Positions 37,369-45,954 of a DNA stretch of 64,000 nucleotides are shown in pieces. The stretch comes from Betaproteobacteria bacterium Ga0077532. GTDB lineage: Bacteria; Pseudomonadota; Gammaproteobacteria; Burkholderiales; Ga0077523. Within the stretch, counting starts at the first letter, position 1. Each line of letters begins with the position of its first letter. The stretch spans positions 64,333-128,332 of the forward strand of contig LNEE01000062.1 of the NCBI GenBank assembly GCA_001464895.1, written 5' to 3'. Below the pieces are notes generated by a model that did no database searches, was not told where the DNA came from, and saw only the letters and a program-made list of their open reading frames with translations. The translations under genes and the position numbers were made by a program.

Positions 37369-37836
37369 ATGAAGAACCTCACGATCATCGCCGCCGTCGT
37401 CACCGCCCTCGGTGCGGGCGCAGCGTACGCCGACCATCACGGCGATCATGCCGCGAAGATGGAAGCCGCCTTCAAGGCCGCCGACAAGGATGGCGATGGC
37501 ACACTCGACAAGGAAGAGGCGAAGGCGATGCCACGCGTCGCGAAGAACTTCGACAAGCTCGACGCGGACAAGGACGGCACCGTCGACATGAAAGAGATCG
37601 CCACGGGCATGAAAGGCGCGGCCAAGCAGAAGATGGGCAGGATGCATGACAAGGCCGGCGGCAAGTTCGCCGCTGCCGACAAGGATGGCGACGGCACCCT
37701 CGACAAGGAGGAAGCCAAGGCGATGAAGCACGTGGCCGAGCACTTCGACGAGATCGACGGTGACAAGGACGGCACGGTTTCGCTGGAAGAGATCCACGGT
37801 TACATGAAGATTCACAGGCACGGCAAGAGGATGTGA
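37369..37836 (+). CDS. Secreted four-EF-hand calcium-binding protein
   Basis: From the ATG at 37369, with signal peptide MKNLTIIAAVVTALGAGAAYA. Four DxDxDG loops are present (DKDGDGTLD, DADKDGTVD, DKDGDGTLD, DGDKDGTVS) as two near-identical halves. Confidence 0.85.
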   Translation: MKNLTIIAAVVTALGAGAAYADHHGDHAAKMEAAFKAADKDGDGTLDKEEAKAMPRVAKNFDKLDADKDGTVDMKEIATGMKGAAKQKMGRMHDKAGGKFAAADKDGDGTLDKEEAKAMKHVAEHFDEIDGDKDGTVSLEEIHGYMKIHRHGKRM

Positions 37837-37963
37837 CAGCGTCCCGATCGCCGCCCGCTGCAGCCCGCCTGAAGCTTCGAGCCGCGGCGGTGGCGGCCGG
37901 CCCCCACCTGCGAAGGCAGGGCCGGCACCCGGAACCGTTTCCTGTGACCGCAGGAGCATCTCC

Positions 37964-38647
37964 ATGACATCGAACTCGGAAGCCGCCACGCTGGACCCCA
38001 ACAGTGGCGAAACCCTCACCGAGCGCGCCTACGTGGCGCTCGAGGAACTCATCGTCCGCCTCGAACTGGCCCCCGGCAGCGTGGTGTCCGAGACCATGCT
38101 CTCCGAACGGTTGGGCATCGGCCGGACCCCCATCCGCGAAGCACTCCAGCGCCTTGCCCGCGAGCGGCTCGTGCAGATCCTCCCGCGGCGCGGCGTCATC
38201 GTCTCGACCATCGATGTGCGCGCCCAGCTGCGACTGCTCGAGCTGCGCCGCGAAGTGGAGCGCCTGGTGTCCCGCTGCGCCGCGCGCCGCGCGACCTCCG
38301 CGGAACGCGCGCGCTTCGGAGACCTTGCGAGGGAGTTCGAGGCGGCGGCCAACAACGGCGACGACCTGCACTTCATGCGGGTCGACCGCGAGTTCAACGG
38401 CCTCACGCTGACGGCTGCACGGAACGAGTTCGCCGCGGACGCCATGGGCACGATGCAATCCCTCGCACGGCGCTTCTGGTATCACCACTACCGTCAGGCG
38501 GCAGACATGCCGGAAGCCGCCCGCCTCCACGCAGCGCTAGCACGGGCCATCGCGTCGGCGGATGAACGCGGTGCCGCCTCGGCCCTCGATGCGCTGCTCG
38601 ACAACATCGAGTCGTTCACGCGGGCCACTGTGTCGGCCGACGCGTGA
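37964..38647 (+). CDS. GntR-family transcriptional regulator (FadR/FCD subfamily)
   Basis: 227 aa with the winged HTH SETMLSERLGIGRTPIREALQRLARERLVQILPRRGVIV, followed by a helical FCD-like domain. Confidence 0.88.
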   Translation: MTSNSEAATLDPNSGETLTERAYVALEELIVRLELAPGSVVSETMLSERLGIGRTPIREALQRLARERLVQILPRRGVIVSTIDVRAQLRLLELRREVERLVSRCAARRATSAERARFGDLAREFEAAANNGDDLHFMRVDREFNGLTLTAARNEFAADAMGTMQSLARRFWYHHYRQAADMPEAARLHAALARAIASADERGAASALDALLDNIESFTRATVSADA

Positions 38648-38670
38648 TGCGAAACAGGTCGATCGGTGGT

Positions 38671-38700
38671 TTGACGGATCGCCAGGACCACAACTAACAT
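38671..38700 (+). promoter_or_regulatory. Candidate sigma-70 promoter for the hydroxylase gene, with a flanking ACTAAC direct repeat
   Basis: TTGACG (38671-38676), an 18-nt spacer, then TAACAT (38695-38700). ACTAAC occurs at 38693-38698 and 38712-38717. It lies 44 nt upstream of the ATG at 38744. Identified by eye only. Confidence 0.3.
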
Positions 38701-38743
38701 ATCAGTCGTGTACTAACGGCACGAGGCCAGGGGGAACTGCGCG

Positions 38744-39493
38744 ATGATGTCCGAACGCCAACGTCGATTCCGACAGGAGTACCAGGCAGGGATCAGCCCC
38801 GCCTACAACGGCCTCGTGCACGTGGGCGTGATGTACGCCGCCGGTCTCGCGGTGATCGGATTCTCTCTGTCGCAGATGCAGGGGGCGACGTGGGAGTGGC
38901 TGCTGGTGGTGCCGGTGTTCTTCTTCTCGAACCTGTTCGAGTGGTGGATCCACAAGTACGTGATGCATCGGCTCATCGACGTCTGGGCTCTGCGCGCCAT
39001 CTACGACCGCCACACCCGCCAGCATCACCAGTACTTCACCGACAACGAGATGACGGTCGACTCCACGCGCGAGTTCCGGATCATCTTCTTCCCCTGGCGC
39101 GCGCTTGCGACCTTCATCGGGATGGGCGTTCCGTTCGCGCTGGCGCTCGGGTGGCTGCTAGGCCCGAACGCCGGCTATGTGCTGATGGTCACCATCGTCG
39201 GGCAGTACCTGATCTACGAGAGCTTCCATTACTGCTGTCACGTGCACGAGAACGCCTTCGTGCGATACATGCCGTTCGTGAACACGATCCGTCGGCACCA
39301 CACCGCCCACCACAACATGGGGATCATGATGGATCGGAACATGAATCTCACGTTCCCGATCGCCGACTGGCTGATGGGCACCAGCGACCTCGACCGCGGA
39401 TTGCTCGGCCACATCTTCAACGGCTACGACGAATCCCACATCCGGCCCGAGCTGAAGGCGGCCATCGACAAGCACTCGTTGCGGCACGCCTGA
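38744..39493 (+). CDS. Fatty acid hydroxylase superfamily (di-iron, His-box) membrane protein
   Basis: 249 aa with His boxes HKYVMH, HTRQHH, HYCCHVH and HHTAHH, plus several TM helices. It is noticeably lower in GC than its neighbours. Confidence 0.85.
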   Translation: MMSERQRRFRQEYQAGISPAYNGLVHVGVMYAAGLAVIGFSLSQMQGATWEWLLVVPVFFFSNLFEWWIHKYVMHRLIDVWALRAIYDRHTRQHHQYFTDNEMTVDSTREFRIIFFPWRALATFIGMGVPFALALGWLLGPNAGYVLMVTIVGQYLIYESFHYCCHVHENAFVRYMPFVNTIRRHHTAHHNMGIMMDRNMNLTFPIADWLMGTSDLDRGLLGHIFNGYDESHIRPELKAAIDKHSLRHA

Positions 39494-39552
39494 TTTACGC
39501 GATCCCTGATTTACGCGATCCCTGATTCACGCAACGCCTAGTTCACGCATCG
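39489..39552. repeat. Four tandem 16-bp direct repeats
   Basis: CCTGATTTACGCGATC / CCTGATTTACGCGATC / CCTGATTCACGCAACG / CCTAGTTCACGCATCG. The first copy contains the hydroxylase stop codon. The array ends 90 nt before the adaptor gene start. Confidence 0.9.
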
Positions 39553-39641
39553 CGTCGCACTGAGGCATCCGACAGGGGTTCTGCCGCGCTCCGCCGGTAG
39601 AATCGGGCCTTCGCCATTCCGGCGCGCCCCGGTCACTGCGC

Positions 39642-40925
39642 ATGCCCCCGAAGTCTTCTCGTCCCACGTTTCGCCGTCCGTCGCGCGCTGTCGTCATCCT
39701 CGTCGTCGTCGTGCTCGTCGCCATCGCCGCTGCTTTCGTCAGGCAACGCATGGGCACGCCGGTCGAGACCACGAACGTGATCCGCGAGGACCTCCGCCAA
39801 AGTGTCGTTTCCACGGGCCGCGTGATCGCCACCGCCCGCATCGAACTCGGCGCCCAGGTGGCCGGGACGGTGGCCGAAGTCGCCGTGGAGGAAGGCGACC
39901 GGGTGACAGCCGGTGACCTTCTCGTGCGGCTCGCGGACGACGAACCTCGCGCGGCGCTCGCCCAGGCCGAGGCAGCCCTCGAAGAAGCGCAGGCCCGACT
40001 CCGGCAACTGGCCGTGACGTCACTCCCCGTCGCCGAGCAGGCCCGCCAGCAGGCGGCCTCGGCACTCGTGCTCGCAAGACGGGAGCATGCGCGTGTGACG
40101 GCCCTCGCGGCCCAGGGCTTCTTCAGCGAGGCGCGGCTCGACGAGGCCAGTCGCAATCTCGAACAGGCCGAGGCGCATGGACGATCGACCCAACTCCAGG
40201 TGGACGCCGCCCGACCGCGCGGCAGCGACCACGTGCTTGCCATGACGCGCGAGGCCCAGGCGCGGCGCGCCGTCGAGGTCGCCCGCGCGAAGCTCGGCTG
40301 GACGCGGGTGCTCGCCCGGGCCGACGCCATCGTGCTGAAGCGCCGAGCGGAACCGGGTGACGTGGTCACCACCGGCACGAAGCTCGTCTCGCTCGGCGCC
40401 GGACCGCTGCAGATCGAACTGCAGGTCGACGAGAAGAACGTCGGCCTCCTCGCGATCGACAAGCCCGCAACGGTCGTCGCCGACGCCTACCCGGATCAGC
40501 CGTTCCAGGCGAAGCTCGTGCGCATCGCCCCGGCCGTGGACGCCCAGCGCGGCACCGTGCAGGTGAAGCTCGCGATGGACTCGCCACCGACCTTCCTCGT
40601 CCCCGACATGACGGTGTCCGCGGAGATCGCCGTTGCCGCGAAGTCCAACGTTCTCACGCTGCCGGCGGAGGCCGTGCGGGAGGCCAACAGCCCCGAGCCC
40701 TGGATCCTCGCCGTGCGCGATGGGCGTGCGGAGCGGCAACCGGTCCGCCTGGGCCTGCGTGGCAGCGGCCGCCTGGAGATCATGCAGGGGGCGGACGTGG
40801 GGGACCTGGCCGTGCTGCCGGGCGCCACGACGGTGGTGGCCGGCATGCGCGTCCGGTCTGCGCCCAAGGCTCCTCCGGCCGCGCCCAGGGCGGCGCCCAA
40901 GGACCCGGGAGTGCCGTCGCGGTGA
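39642..40925 (+). CDS. Efflux periplasmic adaptor subunit (HlyD/MacA-like membrane fusion protein)
   Basis: 427 aa with an N-terminal TM segment and a lipoyl/hairpin pattern: IELGAQVAGTVAEVAVEEGDRVTAGDLLVRLADDEPRAALAQAEAALEEAQARL. Confidence 0.88.
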   Translation: MPPKSSRPTFRRPSRAVVILVVVVLVAIAAAFVRQRMGTPVETTNVIREDLRQSVVSTGRVIATARIELGAQVAGTVAEVAVEEGDRVTAGDLLVRLADDEPRAALAQAEAALEEAQARLRQLAVTSLPVAEQARQQAASALVLARREHARVTALAAQGFFSEARLDEASRNLEQAEAHGRSTQLQVDAARPRGSDHVLAMTREAQARRAVEVARAKLGWTRVLARADAIVLKRRAEPGDVVTTGTKLVSLGAGPLQIELQVDEKNVGLLAIDKPATVVADAYPDQPFQAKLVRIAPAVDAQRGTVQVKLAMDSPPTFLVPDMTVSAEIAVAAKSNVLTLPAEAVREANSPEPWILAVRDGRAERQPVRLGLRGSGRLEIMQGADVGDLAVLPGATTVVAGMRVRSAPKAPPAAPRAAPKDPGVPSR

Positions 40926-42148
40926 TCGCCGCCCCGATCGAATGGGTCATTGCACTGCGGTTCATGCGCGAGGGACGCATGCAGAGCGCCCTCATCATCA
41001 CCGGCGTCACGGTGGGCGTTGCGGTGATCGTCTTCCTGACGACCCTCATCGACACGCTGCAGGCGAGTCTCATCGACCGCGTGCTGGGCAGCCAGGCGCA
41101 CATCGTGGTGCGTCCACCGGAGGAGGTCGCGCGGCGCGTGCCGGCCGCGGCGGGGAGCGGCGTCACCGCGCGTGTGGAGCCGCGCGCGCAACGCCTCCGC
41201 TCCATCGACCAGTGGGAGAACCTGTACCCGCAGTTCAGCGGCGCCTCGGGCGTCACGGCGGCCTCGCCGCTGGTGTCGGGTCCGGGCTTCGCGGCGCGCG
41301 GATCGGCAAGCAAGTCGGTCGTGCTGATGGGCATCGATCCCGACCGGTACCGTCGCATCGTGAAGCTCGACACGGACATCGTGGCCGGCGCATACCGCGT
41401 CGGCGGGACCGACGCGCTGATCGGCATCGAGCTGGCGGCTGATCTCGGCATCGGCGTCGGTGACAAGCTGCGCGTGACGACGGCCGAAGGCGGCGAGGAC
41501 GTCCTCACGGTCGCCGGCATCTTCGACGTCGGCAGTCGCGATCTCAACCGCCGCTGGGTGTTCGTGACGCTGCGGGTCGCGCAGACCCTGCTCGATCTTC
41601 CCGGCGGCGTCACCAGCATCGATCTCGTGGTCGAGCGGATCTTCGACGCCCAGGGCATCGCCGAGCGTCTGCAGGCGCAGACCGGGCTGAAGGTCGAGAG
41701 CTGGATGCAGACCAACGCACAATTGCTCGCCGCCCTGCGCAACCAGACCATCTCGAACAGCCTGATCCGCACCTTCGTCGTGATGATCGTGGCGCTGGGC
41801 ATCTCCAGCGTGCTGGTGGTGTCGGTCGTCCAGAAGCAGAAGGAGATCGGCATCCTCCGCGCCATGGGCGCCAGCCGGCAGCGGATCATGGTCGTCTTCC
41901 TGCTGCAGGGCGCGACCTTCGGGCTCGCGGGATCGTTGGCCGGCGCCGGGCTCGGGACGGTGCTGCTGCACGTGTTCTCGACGATCTATCGCAATGCCGA
42001 CGGCACGCCCATCTTCTCGCCGGAGGTCTCTCCGCGCGTGATGGCCGTCGCGTGCGTGACGGCCATCGTCGTAGGTCTCGTCGCCGCGGCCGTTCCCGCG
42101 CGACGCGCCGCAAGCCTCGACCCAGCGACCGCGATCCGCCATGGCTGA
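40922..42148 (+). CDS. ABC transporter permease, FtsX/MacB/LolCE-type
   Basis: The GTG start overlaps the adaptor stop (GTGA). 408 aa with one TM segment, a large periplasmic domain and a C-terminal FtsX-like three-TM segment ([23 protein letters not shown]). Confidence 0.85.
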   Translation: MIAAPIEWVIALRFMREGRMQSALIITGVTVGVAVIVFLTTLIDTLQASLIDRVLGSQAHIVVRPPEEVARRVPAAAGSGVTARVEPRAQRLRSIDQWENLYPQFSGASGVTAASPLVSGPGFAARGSASKSVVLMGIDPDRYRRIVKLDTDIVAGAYRVGGTDALIGIELAADLGIGVGDKLRVTTAEGGEDVLTVAGIFDVGSRDLNRRWVFVTLRVAQTLLDLPGGVTSIDLVVERIFDAQGIAERLQAQTGLKVESWMQTNAQLLAALRNQTISNSLIRTFVVMIVALGISSVLVVSVVQKQKEIGILRAMGASRQRIMVVFLLQGATFGLAGSLAGAGLGTVLLHVFSTIYRNADGTPIFSPEVSPRVMAVACVTAIVVGLVAAAVPARRAASLDPATAIRHG

Positions 42149-42857
42149 GACGGTTCTCCGGCTCCATGGCGTGCGCAAGTCGTACAACATCGGCACTCCC
42201 GTGGAGGTCGAGGTCCTGCACGGCATCGATCTCACGCTCGAACGCGGGGAATTCGTCGCGCTGATCGGGCCCTCGGGTTCGGGCAAGAGCACCATGCTGA
42301 ATCTGGTGGGCCTGCTCGAGCGGCCCACTGCCGGCCGCGTGGAGATCACCGGGCAGGACGCCACGGCACTGGACGAGGACGCCGTCACGCGGCTGCGCGG
42401 CCGGTCGATCGGATTCGTGTTCCAGTTCCATCACCTCGTCCCGGCGTTCACGGCCGCGGAGAACGTCGCGATGCCGCTCATGCTGGAACGTGGCCATTCC
42501 GACGCCGCGATCCGTGCCCGGGCCCTCGAACTGCTCGACCGTGTGGGGCTCGCGGCGCACGCGCACAAGGTGCCGGGTCAGCTGTCCGGTGGCCAGCAGC
42601 AGCGCGTCGCGATCGCGCGCGCGCTCTCGTTCGATCCGCCGCTCCTGCTCGCGGACGAGCCCACCGGCAACCTCGACACCGTGAGCGCCGACGAGGCCTT
42701 TGCACTCATGCGCGAGTTCAACCGCCGCGCCGGCATCACCTTCCTGCTGGTCACGCACGACCCTCGCCTGGCACAGCGTTGCGACCGCATCATCGAACTG
42801 CTCGACGGCAGCGTCCTCCGCGATGCGCCGTCGGGCACCGCCCTGGAAGCCCGATGA
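42141..42857 (+). CDS. ABC transporter ATP-binding protein (LolD/MacB-ATPase-like)
   Basis: 238 aa with [24 protein letters not shown] and [12 protein letters not shown]. It overlaps the permease by 8 nt. Confidence 0.9.
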   Translation: MAETVLRLHGVRKSYNIGTPVEVEVLHGIDLTLERGEFVALIGPSGSGKSTMLNLVGLLERPTAGRVEITGQDATALDEDAVTRLRGRSIGFVFQFHHLVPAFTAAENVAMPLMLERGHSDAAIRARALELLDRVGLAAHAHKVPGQLSGGQQQRVAIARALSFDPPLLLADEPTGNLDTVSADEAFALMREFNRRAGITFLLVTHDPRLAQRCDRIIELLDGSVLRDAPSGTALEAR

Positions 42858-43879
42858 GTCACGCCCTCCGCTTTTGGCACGTATTCGTCCTCGTCGCGCT
42901 CGCGGCGCTCGCAGGCGCCGTCCGCGCCGACACGATCCTTCTCGACAGCGGCGACCGGCTGAGCGGCCGCATCCTGCGTTACGAGAGCGGGCGCTACGAA
43001 CTCGAAACGTCCTACGCCGGGACAGTGCGCATCGACGGGGGACGCGTCGTGTCGGTCGAAATGGAGGACGAGGTCACCTTGCTCCTGGAGGACCGCTCGA
43101 AGCGCGTCGGACGACTCGTCGTCGACAGCGGACAGATGGCCGTCCGCCAATCCGACGAGGCGGATCCTGTCCCGGTGGATCGCAAGACGATCGTGACGAT
43201 GACGCGGGGCCGGGAGGACAAGAGCGAATGGCGCGTCGCGGGCCGGCTTGCGCTCGGCGCGTCCGACACAGCGGGCAACACCGAGGTGCGGCGCCTCAAC
43301 TTCGATGGCGAGGTGACGGCGCGCCGGGACCTCGACCGCGTGATCCTGAACGGCCGCGGCAACCAGGCCACCCAGGCGGCCGCGCAGACCGAAGCCAATG
43401 CCACGGTCGGCCTCAAGTACGACCGGTTCCTGAGCCGGCGCTGGTACGCCTACGCCGCAGGCACCATGGAGCACGACGAGTTCAAGCAGCTGCGATTGCG
43501 TCGCACGTTCGGCGCCGGGAGCGGCTTCCAGGCCCTCGATACCGCGCGCACCACCCTCGCACTGGAAGGCGGTCTCGACCGCGTGCTGACCGACTTCTTC
43601 GGATCCCCCGACGACCAGACGGTGGCCGCGCGCCTCGCACTGCGCTTCGACCACTGGCTGGTCGAGGACCGCGTCCAGTTCTTCCATTACGAGCAGAACT
43701 ATCTCTCGCTCAGCGATCTGTCGGGAAGTTTCCTGCGCACGCAGACCGGCCTGCGGCTGCCGATCAGCCGGCAGCTGACGGCGAATCTCCAGTTGAATGT
43801 CGACTGGGACGGCGACCCGGCGCCCGGTCGCAAACACGTGGACCGGATGCTCGTGTTCTCGATCGGCTATCGGTGGTGA
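42854..43879 (+). CDS. DUF481-family (YdiY-like) outer membrane beta-barrel protein
   Basis: The ATG at 42854 overlaps the ATPase stop (ATGA). The signal peptide is [25 protein letters not shown]. Alternating beta-strand pattern, ending [10 protein letters not shown]. Confidence 0.75.
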   Translation: MSHALRFWHVFVLVALAALAGAVRADTILLDSGDRLSGRILRYESGRYELETSYAGTVRIDGGRVVSVEMEDEVTLLLEDRSKRVGRLVVDSGQMAVRQSDEADPVPVDRKTIVTMTRGREDKSEWRVAGRLALGASDTAGNTEVRRLNFDGEVTARRDLDRVILNGRGNQATQAAAQTEANATVGLKYDRFLSRRWYAYAAGTMEHDEFKQLRLRRTFGAGSGFQALDTARTTLALEGGLDRVLTDFFGSPDDQTVAARLALRFDHWLVEDRVQFFHYEQNYLSLSDLSGSFLRTQTGLRLPISRQLTANLQLNVDWDGDPAPGRKHVDRMLVFSIGYRW

Positions 43880-44475
43880 CGCATGTCCGCGCGATCGGCC
43901 CTTGCGCGGCCGTCCCTGTGGCAGCCGCTGGAGGGCTGGCGCGTCGATGCGTCAGCATCTGTCTCGCCCTCGCCCCCGCGATTACTGCGGCCAGCGATCC
44001 GCCAGCCGCGATGCACCTGGATGGCGGCGAAGGCGACGGGGTCCGCCGCATCGCTGCGGGCCTCTCGTGGCCTGGCTGGACAGACCTGCCGTGCGACCGC
44101 GGATGCCGGGCCGAGGTATGGTGGACGGTGCGCGTCTCGCGCTGGTGGCAACCGCACTACCGCGGCCCCCACCAGGATCTCTGGGATGTGAGCGCGATGC
44201 CCGCGCTGCGCATCGGCAGTCATGCGGCCGGACCGCGCTTCTTTCTGGAGATGGGCGCCGGCTTCCACTATCTTTCGGATCAGGACATCGGGCGCACGCG
44301 CGGCTTCGGCACGTCGTTCCAGTTCGGCGAAACTCTTGCGGCCGGAATCGAGTTCGGCACCCGACACGAGCAGGCCCTCGCCGCCCGCATCGAGCACATC
44401 TCGAACGGCGGGCTCGAGGCCCCCAACAACGGCATCACCTTCTTTCTTCTCGAATACCGTCACGACCTCCGCTGA
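43876..44475 (+). CDS. PagL-like lipid A 3-O-deacylase / acyloxyacyl hydrolase family outer membrane protein
   Basis: This is the C-terminal part of ORF 42700..44475. RIEHISNGGLEAPNNGITFFLLEY carries the HxSNG His/Ser motif of PagL-type deacylases. The start is uncertain: GTG 43876 overlaps the DUF481 stop (GTGA), while GTG 43918 gives a cleaner signal peptide (AAAGGLARRCVSICLALAPAITAA). Confidence 0.7.
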   Translation: MTHVRAIGPCAAVPVAAAGGLARRCVSICLALAPAITAASDPPAAMHLDGGEGDGVRRIAAGLSWPGWTDLPCDRGCRAEVWWTVRVSRWWQPHYRGPHQDLWDVSAMPALRIGSHAAGPRFFLEMGAGFHYLSDQDIGRTRGFGTSFQFGETLAAGIEFGTRHEQALAARIEHISNGGLEAPNNGITFFLLEYRHDLR

Positions 44476-44479
44476 TCGC

Positions 44480-45424
44480 ATGAATCCTTCCGCATCCACC
44501 CTGGTGTTCTTCAGCAACACCGACGATCCCGCACCCTGGCAGGCGGCCATCGCCGCCGCGGTGCCCTCCATCACCTTCCGCGTGGCGCCCCACACCGGCC
44601 CCGTCGACGCGGTCCGGTATGCGCTGGTGTGGAAGCCGCCCCGCGGCTGGCTCGCGCAGTTTCCGAACCTCCGCGCGATCCTTTCGCTCGGCGCTGGCGT
44701 CGATGCATTGCTGGAGGATCCCACGCTGCCCGCGGGCATTCCCATCACGCGCATGGTCGACGCAGGCATGGGGCGGCAGATGGCGGAATACGCGACCTAT
44801 GCGGTGATGCATTTCCATAGGCACATGCAACGCTATTCCGCCCTGCAGCGCGAGGGCCGCTGGGCGCCGCTCGAGCCGGTTTCGGCCGCGCGGTTCACGG
44901 TCGGCATCATGGGCCTCGGGGTGCTCGGCGCCCAGGCAGCGCAGATGGTCGCGTCACTCGGCTATCCGGTGCTGGGTTGGAGCCGGACACCGAAGCACGT
45001 CCCAGGTGTCGAGGTCGTCTCGGGCAACGATGCCCTGCCGGGCTTCCTCGGTCGCACGCGGCTGCTGCTCAATTTCCTGCCGCTCACACCGGCAACCCGC
45101 GGCGTCATCGACGCGCAACTGCTCGCGATGCTTCCGCGCGGTGCGTTCGTCGTGAACCTCGCGCGGGGCGGTCACCTCGTGGAACCGGATCTCCTCGCAG
45201 CGCTGGACCGGGGCCACATCGCGGGCGCGATGCTCGATGTCTTCGAACACGAGCCGCTACCGCCCACGCATCCGTTCTGGCAGCACCCGGCCGTGGTGGT
45301 GACGCCGCACGTCGCCGCCGTGACGCAGGCGGAGGACGCCGCAGCGCAGGTGATCGCGAACCTGCAGCGGCTGGAACGCGGCGAGATGCCCGTCGGCCTG
45401 GTGGATCGCAGCGCCGGCTACTGA
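44480..45424 (+). CDS. D-isomer-specific 2-hydroxyacid dehydrogenase (GhrA-like glyoxylate/hydroxypyruvate reductase)
   Basis: From the ATG at 44480, 314 aa. It has the NAD site GIMGLGVLGAQAA and the catalytic region NLARGGHLVEPDLLAALDRGHIAGAMLDVFEHEPLP...VTPHVAA. Confidence 0.88.
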   Translation: MNPSASTLVFFSNTDDPAPWQAAIAAAVPSITFRVAPHTGPVDAVRYALVWKPPRGWLAQFPNLRAILSLGAGVDALLEDPTLPAGIPITRMVDAGMGRQMAEYATYAVMHFHRHMQRYSALQREGRWAPLEPVSAARFTVGIMGLGVLGAQAAQMVASLGYPVLGWSRTPKHVPGVEVVSGNDALPGFLGRTRLLLNFLPLTPATRGVIDAQLLAMLPRGAFVVNLARGGHLVEPDLLAALDRGHIAGAMLDVFEHEPLPPTHPFWQHPAVVVTPHVAAVTQAEDAAAQVIANLQRLERGEMPVGLVDRSAGY

Positions 45425-45431
45425 GGCGGGA

Positions 45432-45917
45432 TCACCGGCCCGGCCGTGGCCGCAGAACCATCGTGCCGTCGCTCATGGTCACCTCGAAGTGGCGGAGGAA
45501 GTTCTGGCCGAGAAGCGCACTGCCGGCCATCGGCGGACTCACGGCGACGGACAAGCCCGAAAGGTCGAAACAACCTGCACGGACGCTGCGACCGCGCACC
45601 ACGCGCCCGGAGATGTTGCCGGCGGCCGTGCGGAATCCGGCGGGATCACCCTCGGGCAGCCCGATGCGGGTCGCATCGGGGCCACCCACCGTGACCGTGG
45701 TGGCCCCGGTGTCGACGACGAAGCGGACCGGCTTGCCGTCGATGGCGCCGTCGACGTAGTAGTGACCGTCGTGGGCGGCGGCGAGTCGCAGCACCTGAGA
45801 CGAATCGCCGTCTTCGCAACCGGCCACCGCGGCGGGCTGCGTCGCGTAATCGAAGGCCACATAGCCGGCCGCAATGAGTGCGAGCCAGACGATGCCGGCA
45901 ACCAGATGGCCGTTCAT
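45432..45917 (-). CDS. Retropepsin-like clan AA aspartic protease (TIGR02281-type), membrane-anchored
   Basis: 161 aa with an N-terminal TM segment and FVVDTGATTVTV (the D-T-G active site). Confidence 0.82.
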   Translation of the reverse strand: MNGHLVAGIVWLALIAAGYVAFDYATQPAAVAGCEDGDSSQVLRLAAAHDGHYYVDGAIDGKPVRFVVDTGATTVTVGGPDATRIGLPEGDPAGFRTAAGNISGRVVRGRSVRAGCFDLSGLSVAVSPPMAGSALLGQNFLRHFEVTMSDGTMVLRPRPGR

Positions 45918-45954
45918 CGGCGAACGCCCGACGCCGGACGGGGAATCACCGCCC

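Noticed and set aside
37896-37926. GC-rich hairpin after the EF-hand gene as an intrinsic terminator
   Set aside because: The stem has a 5-nt bulge and no downstream U-tract, so there is not enough evidence to annotate it.
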